64,000 bases of DNA, taken from Planctomycetota bacterium. GTDB taxonomy: Bacteria; Planctomycetota; Planctomycetia; Pirellulales; UBA1268. Below the pieces are notes generated by a model that was not told where the DNA came from, did no database searches, and saw only the letters and a list, made by a program, of their open reading frames with translations. How positions within the stretch are numbered: the stretch's first letter is position 1; the number at the start of each line of letters is the position of its first letter. Of this stretch, positions 9,349 to 20,133 are shown one piece after another. The stretch is taken from assembly GCA_014238855.1 (NCBI GenBank), contig JABAAH010000007.1, positions 3,000 to 66,999 on the forward strand. The letters run 5' to 3'. A program made the position numbers and the translations under genes.

Positions 9349-10923
9349 ATGGCGGAAAGAAATTCATCAACTCAGAGTTTTCCGAGCATCAAACTTTACA
9401 ACACATTAAGCCACCAAAAAGAACAATTTACCACAGTTGTTCCAGGAAAGGTTGGTATGTATCTCTGTGGACCGACTGTGTACAAACCAAGTCACATCGG
9501 ACACATGGTTGGCCCAGTTATCTTTGACACAATTAAGCGACATCTTGTCTATTCAGGATGGGAAGTGACGTGGGTTGTCAATATCACGGACGTTGACGAC
9601 AAACTTATTGTCGAGAGTAAAGTTCGGAATATGTCGATGACTGCTCTTGCTGAGGAAATGACCGCTGACTATCTGGACAACCTGTCCGCTCTCGGCGTTC
9701 AAGGCATTGACACCATGCCGAAAGCAACTGACCACATTGAAGGTATTGTGAAATTCATAGAAGGCCTTGTACAAAAAGATTGTGCTTATCCTGCTGATGG
9801 CGACGTGTACTTCGATGTCGCCAAGGATGAAGACTATGGAAAATTAACGAATCGATCTTCTGAAAAAATGCAGGGCGAAGGTGGTGCAACAGCGAGTCGA
9901 AAACGATCAGCGGCGGACTTTGCACTTTGGAAAAAAGCGAAGCCTGGTGAACCTTCATGGGAAAGCCCATGGGGACCAGGACGGCCTGGCTGGCATATCG
10001 AATGCTCTGCAATGAGTGAAGCACTTTTGGGCAGTCATTTTGACATCCATGGCGGTGGGCTTGACTTAGTTTTTCCTCACCATGAAAACGAAATCGCCCA
10101 AAGTGAATCTCTTCATGAGTGCCCAATGGCCACATATTGGATGCATAACGGACTTATGCAGGCAGCAGGAGCCGCAGGAAAAGTCGGTGGCCGTCCGCGA
10201 GATGGCAGCGGCACTCCAGACGACCTGGCAGCCACCAAAATATCAAAGTCGACTGGAGCTGAGCCATTCAAAGAACTACTCACCAGACACCGACCAGAAG
10301 TCATTAAACTACTTCTTTTATCGACGCATTACCGAAGCCCAATTCACTTTGGCGAGGAACCTCTGGGAGAATCTGCTCGAGCACTGGAAGCATTCGAAAG
10401 GCTTTTCAGCCGCTACGAACGACTTTGTGGTAATTCCTACTACACACTTACAGACCGCAATCGCCACGATGGCGACAAGGCGATTCCTGAGTTTCATGGA
10501 GACACGAAAGAACACGTCTCATCATTGAGAAGTCGTTTTCTCGAGGCAATGGATGATGACTTCAATACTGCCATAGCAGTAGCGACTTTGTTCGACCTCA
10601 TTCGATACATCAATAAATTTATTGATAGTGAAGGCCTCGAAAAGAAAAAAACTGATTCTGATCTCGAAACACTTACTCATCTCATGCTTTTGATGCGAGA
10701 ACTCACGGGCACCCTTGGCTTATTTCTTTCTCCGCCTGCACAGACTTCTACCGGAACGGATGGGAAACTGCTGGACTCATTAATGAGACTGATTATTGAA
10801 CTGCGATCACGAGCGCGTAAGACAAAAGATTTTGCAACAGCAGACCTCATCCGTGACTCTCTTACTGAGGCTGACATTCAGTTGGAGGACCGTGCCGAAG
10901 GAACAGACTGGAGCATCAAATAA
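9349..10923 (+). CDS. cysS: cysteine--tRNA ligase
   Basis: HIGH motif (PSHIGHMVG), KMSKS-type KISKSTG, WHIECSAM zinc-site region. Start taken at ATG 9349 (MAERNSS...), 43 nt after ispF. Confidence 0.95.
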   Translation: MAERNSSTQSFPSIKLYNTLSHQKEQFTTVVPGKVGMYLCGPTVYKPSHIGHMVGPVIFDTIKRHLVYSGWEVTWVVNITDVDDKLIVESKVRNMSMTALAEEMTADYLDNLSALGVQGIDTMPKATDHIEGIVKFIEGLVQKDCAYPADGDVYFDVAKDEDYGKLTNRSSEKMQGEGGATASRKRSAADFALWKKAKPGEPSWESPWGPGRPGWHIECSAMSEALLGSHFDIHGGGLDLVFPHHENEIAQSESLHECPMATYWMHNGLMQAAGAAGKVGGRPRDGSGTPDDLAATKISKSTGAEPFKELLTRHRPEVIKLLLLSTHYRSPIHFGEEPLGESARALEAFERLFSRYERLCGNSYYTLTDRNRHDGDKAIPEFHGDTKEHVSSLRSRFLEAMDDDFNTAIAVATLFDLIRYINKFIDSEGLEKKKTDSDLETLTHLMLLMRELTGTLGLFLSPPAQTSTGTDGKLLDSLMRLIIELRSRARKTKDFATADLIRDSLTEADIQLEDRAEGTDWSIK

Positions 10924-10957
10924 ATGACTTCCGTCCCGCTTCAATTCCAACATAGTG

Positions 10958-12370
<1,413 letters not shown>

Positions 12371-12420
12371 TTAACACTGTATCACAATGACAAAAAACAG
12401 TCTGCTCTCGAATACTCAAT

Positions 12421-13833
12421 TCACAACGTCTTTAAATACTCAAGCACTGCAGTTCGCTCCAAATGAGTCAACGCATCAGGATAGGAGTGCCCTTTAGCGG
12501 ATTTCCCAAGCTTACTCGTATCAAAATATTGACGGCGTTGTGCTGATGGCATTCCATCCGAAACAGCCTCGGCAAACCACGACACGTTCCGTTCCTCGAT
12601 TTCCAGACCGACTTTCTGCATGTCGTAGCCAACAGGTGTTCTACGCCACACAGATGGACGGCTCTTTGAATGGAGAACATGCCACAACGTTGGGACTGAA
12701 CCGTTATGGAAATATGGGGCTGACGCCCACACACCATCTAGCGGTGGAGCAACATATCCGGATGGGCGTTGACGACTGCCTATAGCTGCAGCATCACGAC
12801 CAAAATGACCAAACCAACTATCGTTGAGGGCACTTCTCTCTTTGTTCGTGAGTGCGTCAAACCGTACTCTGTCTGTACCAATCTCACCAATCGGAATAAC
12901 TGCCTCTGGATATTCTTCACTCTCGCCATATTCGCCGTGGCAACGGCCGCAATGCTCACGAAAGATTTCCTCGCCTTTTCCTGCCAAGCGAGTGTCAATT
13001 TCACCCGGCCATTCTGGTGGCCGAAGTGACTCAAGCCAAGCCTCGACATGTTCAAAATCTGATTCCCACTCCAAGAACTTCTCTGGACCGTTTTCACGAA
13101 CTAAAAGAAACTGCATAAGCATGCGGCTTCCCTGAGGTGCAAACCCATCTGCATAAAGAGTTTTTCGCTTCCGGTAATGCCACCATGGCGGTGCATCCAT
13201 ATCGTGATGTGTAAGATCAAAACGCGGGGAACGTGAAATAATATTTAAGGCGGCATCTCTGTGATGCATTAAAGCGACACCAAAAATCACAGCATTCGTC
13301 GTACCGCTTGTTGTACCGAGAGGAAGAAGTAGCGAGCCGATATCCATGTGTCCGAAGGATTTCCCTTGGGTCATTTTCACCAACCGGACTTCCTCTGTGA
13401 ATGTCTCAAGCGCATAGTTTGTATTCGGAATCCCCGGCACAATGGTCCCTGCAACTTGTCCTTGATGGCAGGCGAGACAACTCATTGTCCAGTTCCCACC
13501 GGAGTCAACGACATACTGCATCGACCGTGATGGATCATTCGGGTGGGGCAAGAGACCATATCGTTTCATGGCCATTTCCCGCCGCTGTGCTACCGAGGCT
13601 TGCTCAGCCTTCGACTTCAGGGGTTCGGGCCATACTGTCCAGAGTGCGTCGAACACCTCTTGATCGAGATCTGCTGGAAGATACGCCTTATTAAGGAGCA
13701 ATTGAAAGCCTTTTTCAGGACTTCCGCCGGCGGCAACACTCCAAGCAACAAAAACACTGATGACTAGAAACAGTAAAAATGAGTTTCTCGTCAATTTTTC
13801 AGGCAATAGAAATTTAGAGAACCGTACTTTCAT
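12421..13833 (-). CDS. secreted di-haem c-type cytochrome, distantly CCP/MauG-like
   Basis: Two CxxCH motifs (CLACH, CGRCH) and APYFHNGSVPTLWHVL, which resembles the peroxidase-family APY(F/M)HDGS segment. Signal-anchor MKVRFSKFLLPEKLTRNSFLLFLVISVFVAWSVAA from ATG 13833. Confidence 0.75.
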   Translation of the reverse strand: MKVRFSKFLLPEKLTRNSFLLFLVISVFVAWSVAAGGSPEKGFQLLLNKAYLPADLDQEVFDALWTVWPEPLKSKAEQASVAQRREMAMKRYGLLPHPNDPSRSMQYVVDSGGNWTMSCLACHQGQVAGTIVPGIPNTNYALETFTEEVRLVKMTQGKSFGHMDIGSLLLPLGTTSGTTNAVIFGVALMHHRDAALNIISRSPRFDLTHHDMDAPPWWHYRKRKTLYADGFAPQGSRMLMQFLLVRENGPEKFLEWESDFEHVEAWLESLRPPEWPGEIDTRLAGKGEEIFREHCGRCHGEYGESEEYPEAVIPIGEIGTDRVRFDALTNKERSALNDSWFGHFGRDAAAIGSRQRPSGYVAPPLDGVWASAPYFHNGSVPTLWHVLHSKSRPSVWRRTPVGYDMQKVGLEIEERNVSWFAEAVSDGMPSAQRRQYFDTSKLGKSAKGHSYPDALTHLERTAVLEYLKTL

Positions 13834-13968
13834 GGCATACTTGTTTATAGAAAGTTCGGACTCTTTAACAGTCGTCGCTCTAAGGTATTGTGAACGCACC
13901 ACGTTTCGGCAATTATAGGCACTTCGACCATATTGTCCTACTCACCGTAAACCACTCGATGAACCACC

Positions 13969-15309
13969 ATGGTTGCAGCGAACCCGATTCTCCTCCCAGA
14001 ACTACGCAGCCTGCTTCAGGAGCAGGATGCTGTGGGTATTCGCGAAGTCGCTGAGGAGTTGCATCCGGCAACGGTTGCCGAATTTTCCGAGGGCCTTGAT
14101 GACAATGAAATCTGGCACCTTCTTGATGCACTTTCTGTTGAACAACGAGCCGAAATTTTCCCTTACTACCCCCTTGCCAGACAAATTCAACTACTCGAAG
14201 ACGCAAACAATTCCCAACTCGGCCCCCTCTTGGAATGGATGGCTCCGGATAATCGTGATGACCTACTCCGTGAACTAGAGCCTGCTTTCGTTGAAGCAAT
14301 TCTTCCACTGGTTGCGAAGGCTGAGCGGCATGACATTCGAATGCTCTTATCATGCCCGGAAGACTCTGCCGGCAGTCTTATGACGACCGAATATGCGTCA
14401 TTGCCTGCTGACATAACGGCAGGCGAAGCCATTGCAAGACTTCGAAACCAAGCTCCTAACAGTGAGTCAATTTACTACATTTACATTTTGGATTCTGATC
14501 GCAATCTCGTAGGGTTTATTTCGCTCCGTGACCTGATACTCGCAAACCCTACTTCTCTTGTTGCTGATCTGATGCAACGAGACGTCATTAGTGTCAAAGT
14601 CGATGAACCCACCGAACAGGTTGTTCAAAAACTTGCACGATTTGACTTTATTGCGATACCTGTGGTTGATAACCTGAGCCGCCTTGTTGGCATCGTAACC
14701 CATGACGATGTTCTTGATACCGTTCGTGAAGAGGCAACTGAAGACGCTCAGATGAGTGCCGCCGTTGCTCCCCTGAGTGAAGGATATCTCGAAACTCCCA
14801 TTATCACAATGACTTGGAAACGTGGTGTTTGGCTGACAATTCTCTTTTTCACTGCTGCTGTGACAGCAATGGTGCTTGCTCGAACACCGATTCCCCAAGT
14901 CTGGTTAATTGCTTTCATTCCGCTCGTGATCGCTAGCGGTGGCAACTCGGGGAATCAGTCAGCCACGCTCGTCATCACAGCATTATCCATGGGAGACTGT
15001 AGACTCGCCGACTGGCCTCGAATTCTTCGCCGTGAGATTATCATGGGCTTACTTCTTGGAACACTCCTTGCGGTGCCAGGCTTTCTCCTCGCCCTCCTCT
15101 ACGCACCTTCCCCAGCTCAAGCATTAGTGATTCCGCTTACCATTTTAAGCGTCGTCGTGCTTGGGTCTCTTGTTGGTTCAATCCTGCCTCTCCTCTTCCG
15201 CTCAATCGGACTTGATCCAGCACTTATGAGCAATCCGTTTGTATCTGCAATAGTGGATGTAGTCGGCATTATCCTGTATATGTCGATTGCCTTTGTCATG
15301 CTGAGCTAA
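13969..15309 (+). CDS. mgtE: magnesium transporter MgtE
   Basis: N-domain, tandem CBS region and 5-TM C-domain with the GNSGNQSATL / PALMSNPFVSAIVDV segments. Confidence 0.95.
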   Translation: MVAANPILLPELRSLLQEQDAVGIREVAEELHPATVAEFSEGLDDNEIWHLLDALSVEQRAEIFPYYPLARQIQLLEDANNSQLGPLLEWMAPDNRDDLLRELEPAFVEAILPLVAKAERHDIRMLLSCPEDSAGSLMTTEYASLPADITAGEAIARLRNQAPNSESIYYIYILDSDRNLVGFISLRDLILANPTSLVADLMQRDVISVKVDEPTEQVVQKLARFDFIAIPVVDNLSRLVGIVTHDDVLDTVREEATEDAQMSAAVAPLSEGYLETPIITMTWKRGVWLTILFFTAAVTAMVLARTPIPQVWLIAFIPLVIASGGNSGNQSATLVITALSMGDCRLADWPRILRREIIMGLLLGTLLAVPGFLLALLYAPSPAQALVIPLTILSVVVLGSLVGSILPLLFRSIGLDPALMSNPFVSAIVDVVGIILYMSIAFVMLS

Positions 15310-15439
15310 AGACCAAATCCGTCTCAGCAGGAAAAAGCAAAATTATCAGATATCGTCTGTAGAAATTCACTGCCTACAGTCGATCTTTAACCAGCGGGGT
15401 TTGGGGGAATTATTAGGTTCATTCCAAAAGCGTATCGCT

Positions 15440-16434
15440 ATGAGCGTTTCGGTTATGATTAGCACGTACAACAACCCAGCCGGGTTGCGCATGTGCCTTC
15501 TTGGCATGATGTCACAAACGGTGCTTCCTGATCAAATGATCATTGCCGACGATGGATCAAATCAAGCCGGCTACGAATTTTAAGCGAGTTACCTTTTTCG
15601 TCACTTCCGATTGAAAAAGTCTGGCACCCAGATCGTGGTTGGCAGAAAAATTTAATTCTCAATGTTGCTGTACGCCACTGTCACGGTGATTATCTGATTT
15701 TCTGTGACGGCGACACCATTCCCAGAAGAGACTTTATTGAATCACATTTGAAACATGCACGCCCGAGAACGTTTCTATCAGCATCCGCTATTGATGTCCC
15801 CAAGCACGTCTATGACAATTTCACAGATTCTCATATCACCGACAATCAAATTTTTAAACCATCTTTTCTTGCTCGTGGGTGGCCTGAGTCAAACAAGCAT
15901 TCGCTACGCCTTCAACCTGGCCGTTTAGAGAAGACATTAAATCTAATCACATGGCGATACTGCGTCCTGCGTGGTGCCAACTTTTCGTTATGGCGAGATG
16001 ATATCGAATCAGTGAACGGTTTTGATGAGTCTTACGGATACGGAAGCGAGGATCGTGAACTCGGCGTTCGGTTACGAAACACTGGTGTGGCATCACGTTG
16101 GCTTAAATTCTCGCTCATACAGCTTCATCTTTCGCACACAAGAACAAGGTATCGTGACCCCAACATTGTGCAAATGCAACGATGGAAATTTCGCAAGCTT
16201 TTCTTCACACAAAAAACGCAATTGGCAGATGGTCTTGCAACAGCCTGCGAGCGATCGTTGGCCACACCAGAGAGCCAATATATCCACACATCAGAAAAAA
16301 CATGGCACGCGAGCCGTCTGTTCTTCGTTTCGAGCCACCTCAACCAGCTACTAATCAGCCGGCATTACCAAAGAGGCGTGCCGCCTAGTCACTGCACCAC
16401 CCTCCCGAGCTCACGCATGTCAACAAGCTCGTAG
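15440..16434 (+). pseudogene. family-2 glycosyltransferase, interrupted by one frameshift
   Basis: The N-terminal frame reads MSVSVMISTYNNP...MIIADDGSNQAGYEF* and stops at 15581-15583. The rest (SELPFSSLPIEKVWHPDRGWQKNLILN...DYLIFCDGDTIPRRDF...GANFSLWRDDIESVNGFDESYGYGSEDRELGVRL) continues in another frame that is open only from 15532. The shift must therefore lie between 15532 and 15583. Confidence 0.7.
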
Positions 16435-16488
16435 CCCTACGCTATATAAAAAATTAGTTACACACATATCAGCGCCTATCCATAACAC

Positions 16489-17421
16489 ATGAAACTCCAT
16501 TACTGCAGAACACCGTCCGGCAACTTTGGTGATGACCTCAACACGTGGCTCTGGCCAACACTACTCGGTGAAACTTTTTTCGACACAAACGAAGACTCAC
16601 TTTTCCTAGGTGTTGGTACTATCCTGAATCAAAAGATTCCAAGAATTCCAGAAAAAAATTGTCCTTGGCACAGGTACGGGCTATCAACGACCCCCTAAAA
16701 TAGATGGGCGATTCAGTATCTACTCCGTCCGAGGTCCGCTTACTGCAAGGGCTCTCAATTTACCACCAAGGAAGAGCATTGGTGACTCTGCGTACCTCTG
16801 CCTTGCAACTTCCAAATTCCAGAAACTCTCTGTACTACCAAAAAAATTCAAAGTGCCTGTCATTCCTCACCATCAAACAGTAGCAACCATTGACTGGAAA
16901 ACTATCGCAAAGCTTGGTGACATTCATTTTATAGATCCTAGAAAAAACTTCTTCAGTGTTTTGAGGACATTGCCCAGTCTGAGTGCGTACTGACAAAAAG
17001 TCTTCACGGAGCAATTCTTGCGGATGCCCTTCGTACCCCATGGCAACCATTTCAAATGGGCCACCGATTCAATATGTGCAAATGACATGACTGGTTCAAG
17101 TCGATCCACATCGACATACAAGCAATCCAAAAATATCCAATTCTACGTAGCGAGCGACTGTCACGACCGAGACTCGCGAAGCATGCAGTTGAGCGAGTGT
17201 GCGGTAAGATACTTATGTACGACCGACTCAGCCAGAAACCGATCCGAACAAACTCAACGCGAAAACTGGAGACCTTTGCAATCGCGTTACGAAGACAGGC
17301 ACAATCAAAGCAATTTCATCTCAGCAGCGACATAACACTACAAAGCATTCTGAATCGCCTCATTGAATGTGTTGAGAGCATGCGAACCCAATACAGTAAC
17401 AAACTGCGTCACGTGGCATAA
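16489..17421 (+). pseudogene. ExoV-like polysaccharide pyruvyl transferase, with two frameshifts and one in-frame TGA
   Basis: Segment 1: MKLHYCRTPSGNFGDDLNTWLWP...IPEK. Segment 2 is in a shifted frame starting within the A7 run 16652-16658: IVLGTGTGYQRPPKIDGRFSIYSVRGPLTARAL...VIPHHQ...IDPRK. The frame shifts back at the A6 run 16942-16947: LLQCFEDIAQSECVLTKSLHGAILADALRTPWQPF...NMCK. A TGA follows at 17083-17085, and the frame then stays open to 17421. Confidence 0.75.
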
Positions 17422-17466
17422 TCACAGGCTTCGCCACGTTGATGGTCAACCAGCAAGCATGAAAAA

Positions 17467-18483
17467 CTAATTCAGCCGTCTGCCGACAGCTTCAGCAACT
17501 CTTCGACACGTCGCCATTGTTTTCTCAAATGTAATGAAATCGAGTGTCTGACCACCATCGCTTGCAGCATTTTGTGGGTCAGGATGCACCTCGATGATCA
17601 AACCATCGGCACCGGCAGCCACCGCAGCGGCAGCCATGCTCGGCACAAGATCAGCATGACCTGTGCCGTGACTTGGATCCACAACAACTGGTAGATGGGT
17701 GCGAGCTTGCAGCCATGGCACTGTGGCTAGAGGAAGTGTAAATCGAGTATGTGATTCAAACGTCCTAATCCCGCGCTCACAGAGCATCACCTGACGATTA
17801 CCTCCATCGAGAATATACTCGGCTGCCAAAAGCATTTCATCGACTGTCGCAGCTGGGCCCCGCTTCAGTAGCACCGCTTTGTCACACCGGCCGACAGCCT
17901 CAAGCAAACGGTAGTTTTGCATGTTCCGAGCCCCGATCTGCAGGACATCTGCATAGCGTGCGACAAGGTCTACATCTTCCGGTGAAACCACTTCTGTCAC
18001 GACTGCTTGCCCCGTCTCATCGCGTGCCTCTGCAAGTAATTGAAGCCCTTCTTCTTTGAGCCCCTGAAAGCTGTAGGGACTTGTTCTTGGCTTGAAGGCA
18101 CCACCACGAAGACCCGCTGCCCCAGAGGCGAAGACTGCTCGAGCCGAGTCGAGAATCTGCTCTCGAGACTCAACCGAACATGGTCCCGCGATAACACCAA
18201 CGTTGCCACCTCCGACGACCAGCGGTCCAACTGTCACCACGGTCTGTTCCTGCTGAACTTCACGACTAGCGACTTTATAAGGAGCCAAAATTGGAAGAAC
18301 ACGAGCAACACCAGGCACTGTCTCCATCGCACTTACAGTCGCATCTTGCTCATCACCAACGACAGCAACAACTGTCCTCTCAGACCCCTCAATCACATGG
18401 GGCTTCAACCCCAGGCTTTCTACTTGTTTCGCAACATTACCAACCTGCTCAGGACTTGCATCTGCCTTCATTACGATAATCAT
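17467..18483 (-). CDS. aroF: 3-deoxy-7-phosphoheptulonate (DAHP) synthase, type I-beta with N-terminal regulatory domain
   Basis: An ACT/ferredoxin-like N-domain ([10 protein letters not shown]...) is followed by GPCSVES...[16 protein letters not shown]...IGARNMQN...DPSHG. Confidence 0.9.
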   Translation of the reverse strand: MIIVMKADASPEQVGNVAKQVESLGLKPHVIEGSERTVVAVVGDEQDATVSAMETVPGVARVLPILAPYKVASREVQQEQTVVTVGPLVVGGGNVGVIAGPCSVESREQILDSARAVFASGAAGLRGGAFKPRTSPYSFQGLKEEGLQLLAEARDETGQAVVTEVVSPEDVDLVARYADVLQIGARNMQNYRLLEAVGRCDKAVLLKRGPAATVDEMLLAAEYILDGGNRQVMLCERGIRTFESHTRFTLPLATVPWLQARTHLPVVVDPSHGTGHADLVPSMAAAAVAAGADGLIIEVHPDPQNAASDGGQTLDFITFEKTMATCRRVAEAVGRRLN

Positions 18484-18585
18484 GTATCACTCCAAAATTT
18501 TTTCAGATCCACAACGAGCCTCTGCCAAGAGAGTCACTCTGTCAACCATTTACCGCCGACGAGGGTATCTGCCGATTTTATATCT

Positions 18586-18611
18586 AAAAAATCCCCTGCA
18601 TGAGCAGCGGA
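18586..18611 (-). terminator. candidate intrinsic terminator
   Basis: On the minus strand the sequence reads UCCGCUGC-UCAU-GCAGGGGA followed by U6. The stem is 8 positions with one G.G mismatch. It lies 29 nt downstream of the 18640 stop. Confidence 0.4.
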
Positions 18612-18639
18612 CCTTCAGATGAAACTAATCGGCTTGGTG

Positions 18640-20133
18640 TCATTGAAACACTTCCGGTATCTGCTCACCCCTCTTCTGAGCAGATTGTCTTGTGGTAATT
18701 ACTACTTTATTTTGCTCACCGTCTGTTCTGAAAACGTAAACCAACTGCCCTGGCTTGGCCTCACTTTTTTCCAAAATAGTAACTAAAATATCGGCACCAG
18801 AACGACCTCGCTCTGATAGACCAAATGATTGATTTTTTGTAATCCCTTGCAGTTCAAGATCCTTTCCTGCTATTTCTATGGTTACACCAGTCGCTTCAGA
18901 GAGCATTTCAACTGCTGTCTCAAGCGAGTCTTTATCAAAAGCCAACGTCACAGGCTGTTGCAACCTACTCACTACAGAACCCTGCGTATTCACACGCGTT
19001 GCCTCACCCACACTCGGATTGCTCGGGTTTGCGCTGATTTGTTCAAGGAGAAGAGATCCGGCTAACACCATATTATGAGCCGCCATTTCAGGAAGATACG
19101 AGTTCGCTACAACGAGATCACGCCCTTCAGCACCAATACGAATATTCGATTGCCAGAGGCGAAGAAGTTCTGGCAATCGAATAACAAGAAGACGGCCATA
19201 AATGTCTAGATCTCGACTACTGATCACGGCCTCGATTTTTTCAGACACTTTATGTATCTCATCATCCAGGTGCCGCTTTAGCGATCGTGCAGACCCTACG
19301 GCCGGACTCACTGCATCAAGTTCGAAATATGTCCGATCATCGAGATGAATTGAAACTGCTGCTGCCGGGCAGTCATCATCCAGAGCACGTCCGATTGGCT
19401 CAAGAAGTGGCATCACCATCGCCGGCAATAAAACTCGCCCGTCATGAACAAAATAATGGGGTGAGCCTAAGACCGTAAGATGCCGACTGCCATCGAGTAT
19501 CGGCCGAAGTGGTCGCATACTTCGGGGAAGTTCGTTCTCAGCACCGGATGTCGTAACAAGACCATTCATAAGCGTCGGTGTCGCAACCACTACGTCACCA
19601 CCAGTCTCTCCATGAGGATACCAACGGAGCCATCCTTCTATGACTTCTGCAGGAGTTGTCGAATCCAAAATTGCAGCGACATCACTATCCAGCAAATCAG
19701 TTTTTATTCGATGGGCCCACATTGCGACGAGTGGCATGCCATTCTCATCAGCCTGCCAGCTCACTTGTAACGTTTCAATCTCAGAAAGCGGGCTTTTTAC
19801 AAGTCGCTCAAGCATTACGATAATTTGACCTAAGCCATCTCCGCCAGCTTTCAGCATCAACTGCCCATCTTTGGACTTCATGAAATCCACGGGCCTTATT
19901 GAACAAATCAGCTGTGACCCTGGCGGTAGATAGCGGAACAGAAGCCGGGTTGGATCTGACGGCGGCATCCACGGCAAGGAATCGTCGGGGATGATAACAA
20001 ATGCCTGTTCACCAACGAAGGAAGATTTTTCCTGAGGCTGAGCATCTGATGAAGAGGATGGGCTTTCGCTGACGACTGTAACATCCGAAGCTTCGCTGGA
20101 ACCCAATTCCAAATGTGACCATGTCCGCCACAT
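18640..20133 (-). CDS. extracytoplasmic-domain protein with a C-terminal STN-like module; probably the distal half of the 20009-21394 gene
   Basis: 497-aa ORF with no signal peptide or TM of its own (MWRTWSHLELGSSEASDVTVVSESPSSSSD...). The C-terminus VTLAFDKDSLETAVEMLSEATGVTIEIAGKDLELQG... resembles a secretin/TonB N-terminal short domain. Its ATG sits immediately after a T7 run (on the coding strand), and its first 125 nt overlap the tail of the upstream ORF. Confidence 0.6.
   Translation of the reverse strand: MWRTWSHLELGSSEASDVTVVSESPSSSSDAQPQEKSSFVGEQAFVIIPDDSLPWMPPSDPTRLLFRYLPPGSQLICSIRPVDFMKSKDGQLMLKAGGDGLGQIIVMLERLVKSPLSEIETLQVSWQADENGMPLVAMWAHRIKTDLLDSDVAAILDSTTPAEVIEGWLRWYPHGETGGDVVVATPTLMNGLVTTSGAENELPRSMRPLRPILDGSRHLTVLGSPHYFVHDGRVLLPAMVMPLLEPIGRALDDDCPAAAVSIHLDDRTYFELDAVSPAVGSARSLKRHLDDEIHKVSEKIEAVISSRDLDIYGRLLVIRLPELLRLWQSNIRIGAEGRDLVVANSYLPEMAAHNMVLAGSLLLEQISANPSNPSVGEATRVNTQGSVVSRLQQPVTLAFDKDSLETAVEMLSEATGVTIEIAGKDLELQGITKNQSFGLSERGRSGADILVTILEKSEAKPGQLVYVFRTDGEQNKVVITTRQSAQKRGEQIPEVFQ

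Noticed and set aside
16280-16288. DnaA-box-like 9-mer ATATCCACA.
   Set aside because: It is a single copy with a mismatch, inside a coding or pseudogene region. There is no cluster or AT-rich unwinding element, so this is not an origin.
17083-17085. In-frame TGA in the ExoV-like gene as a possible selenocysteine or other recoding site.
   Set aside because: The same gene has two frameshifts, and I recognised no SECIS-like hairpin downstream. A TGG to TGA substitution would fit. Pseudogenisation is the simpler explanation.
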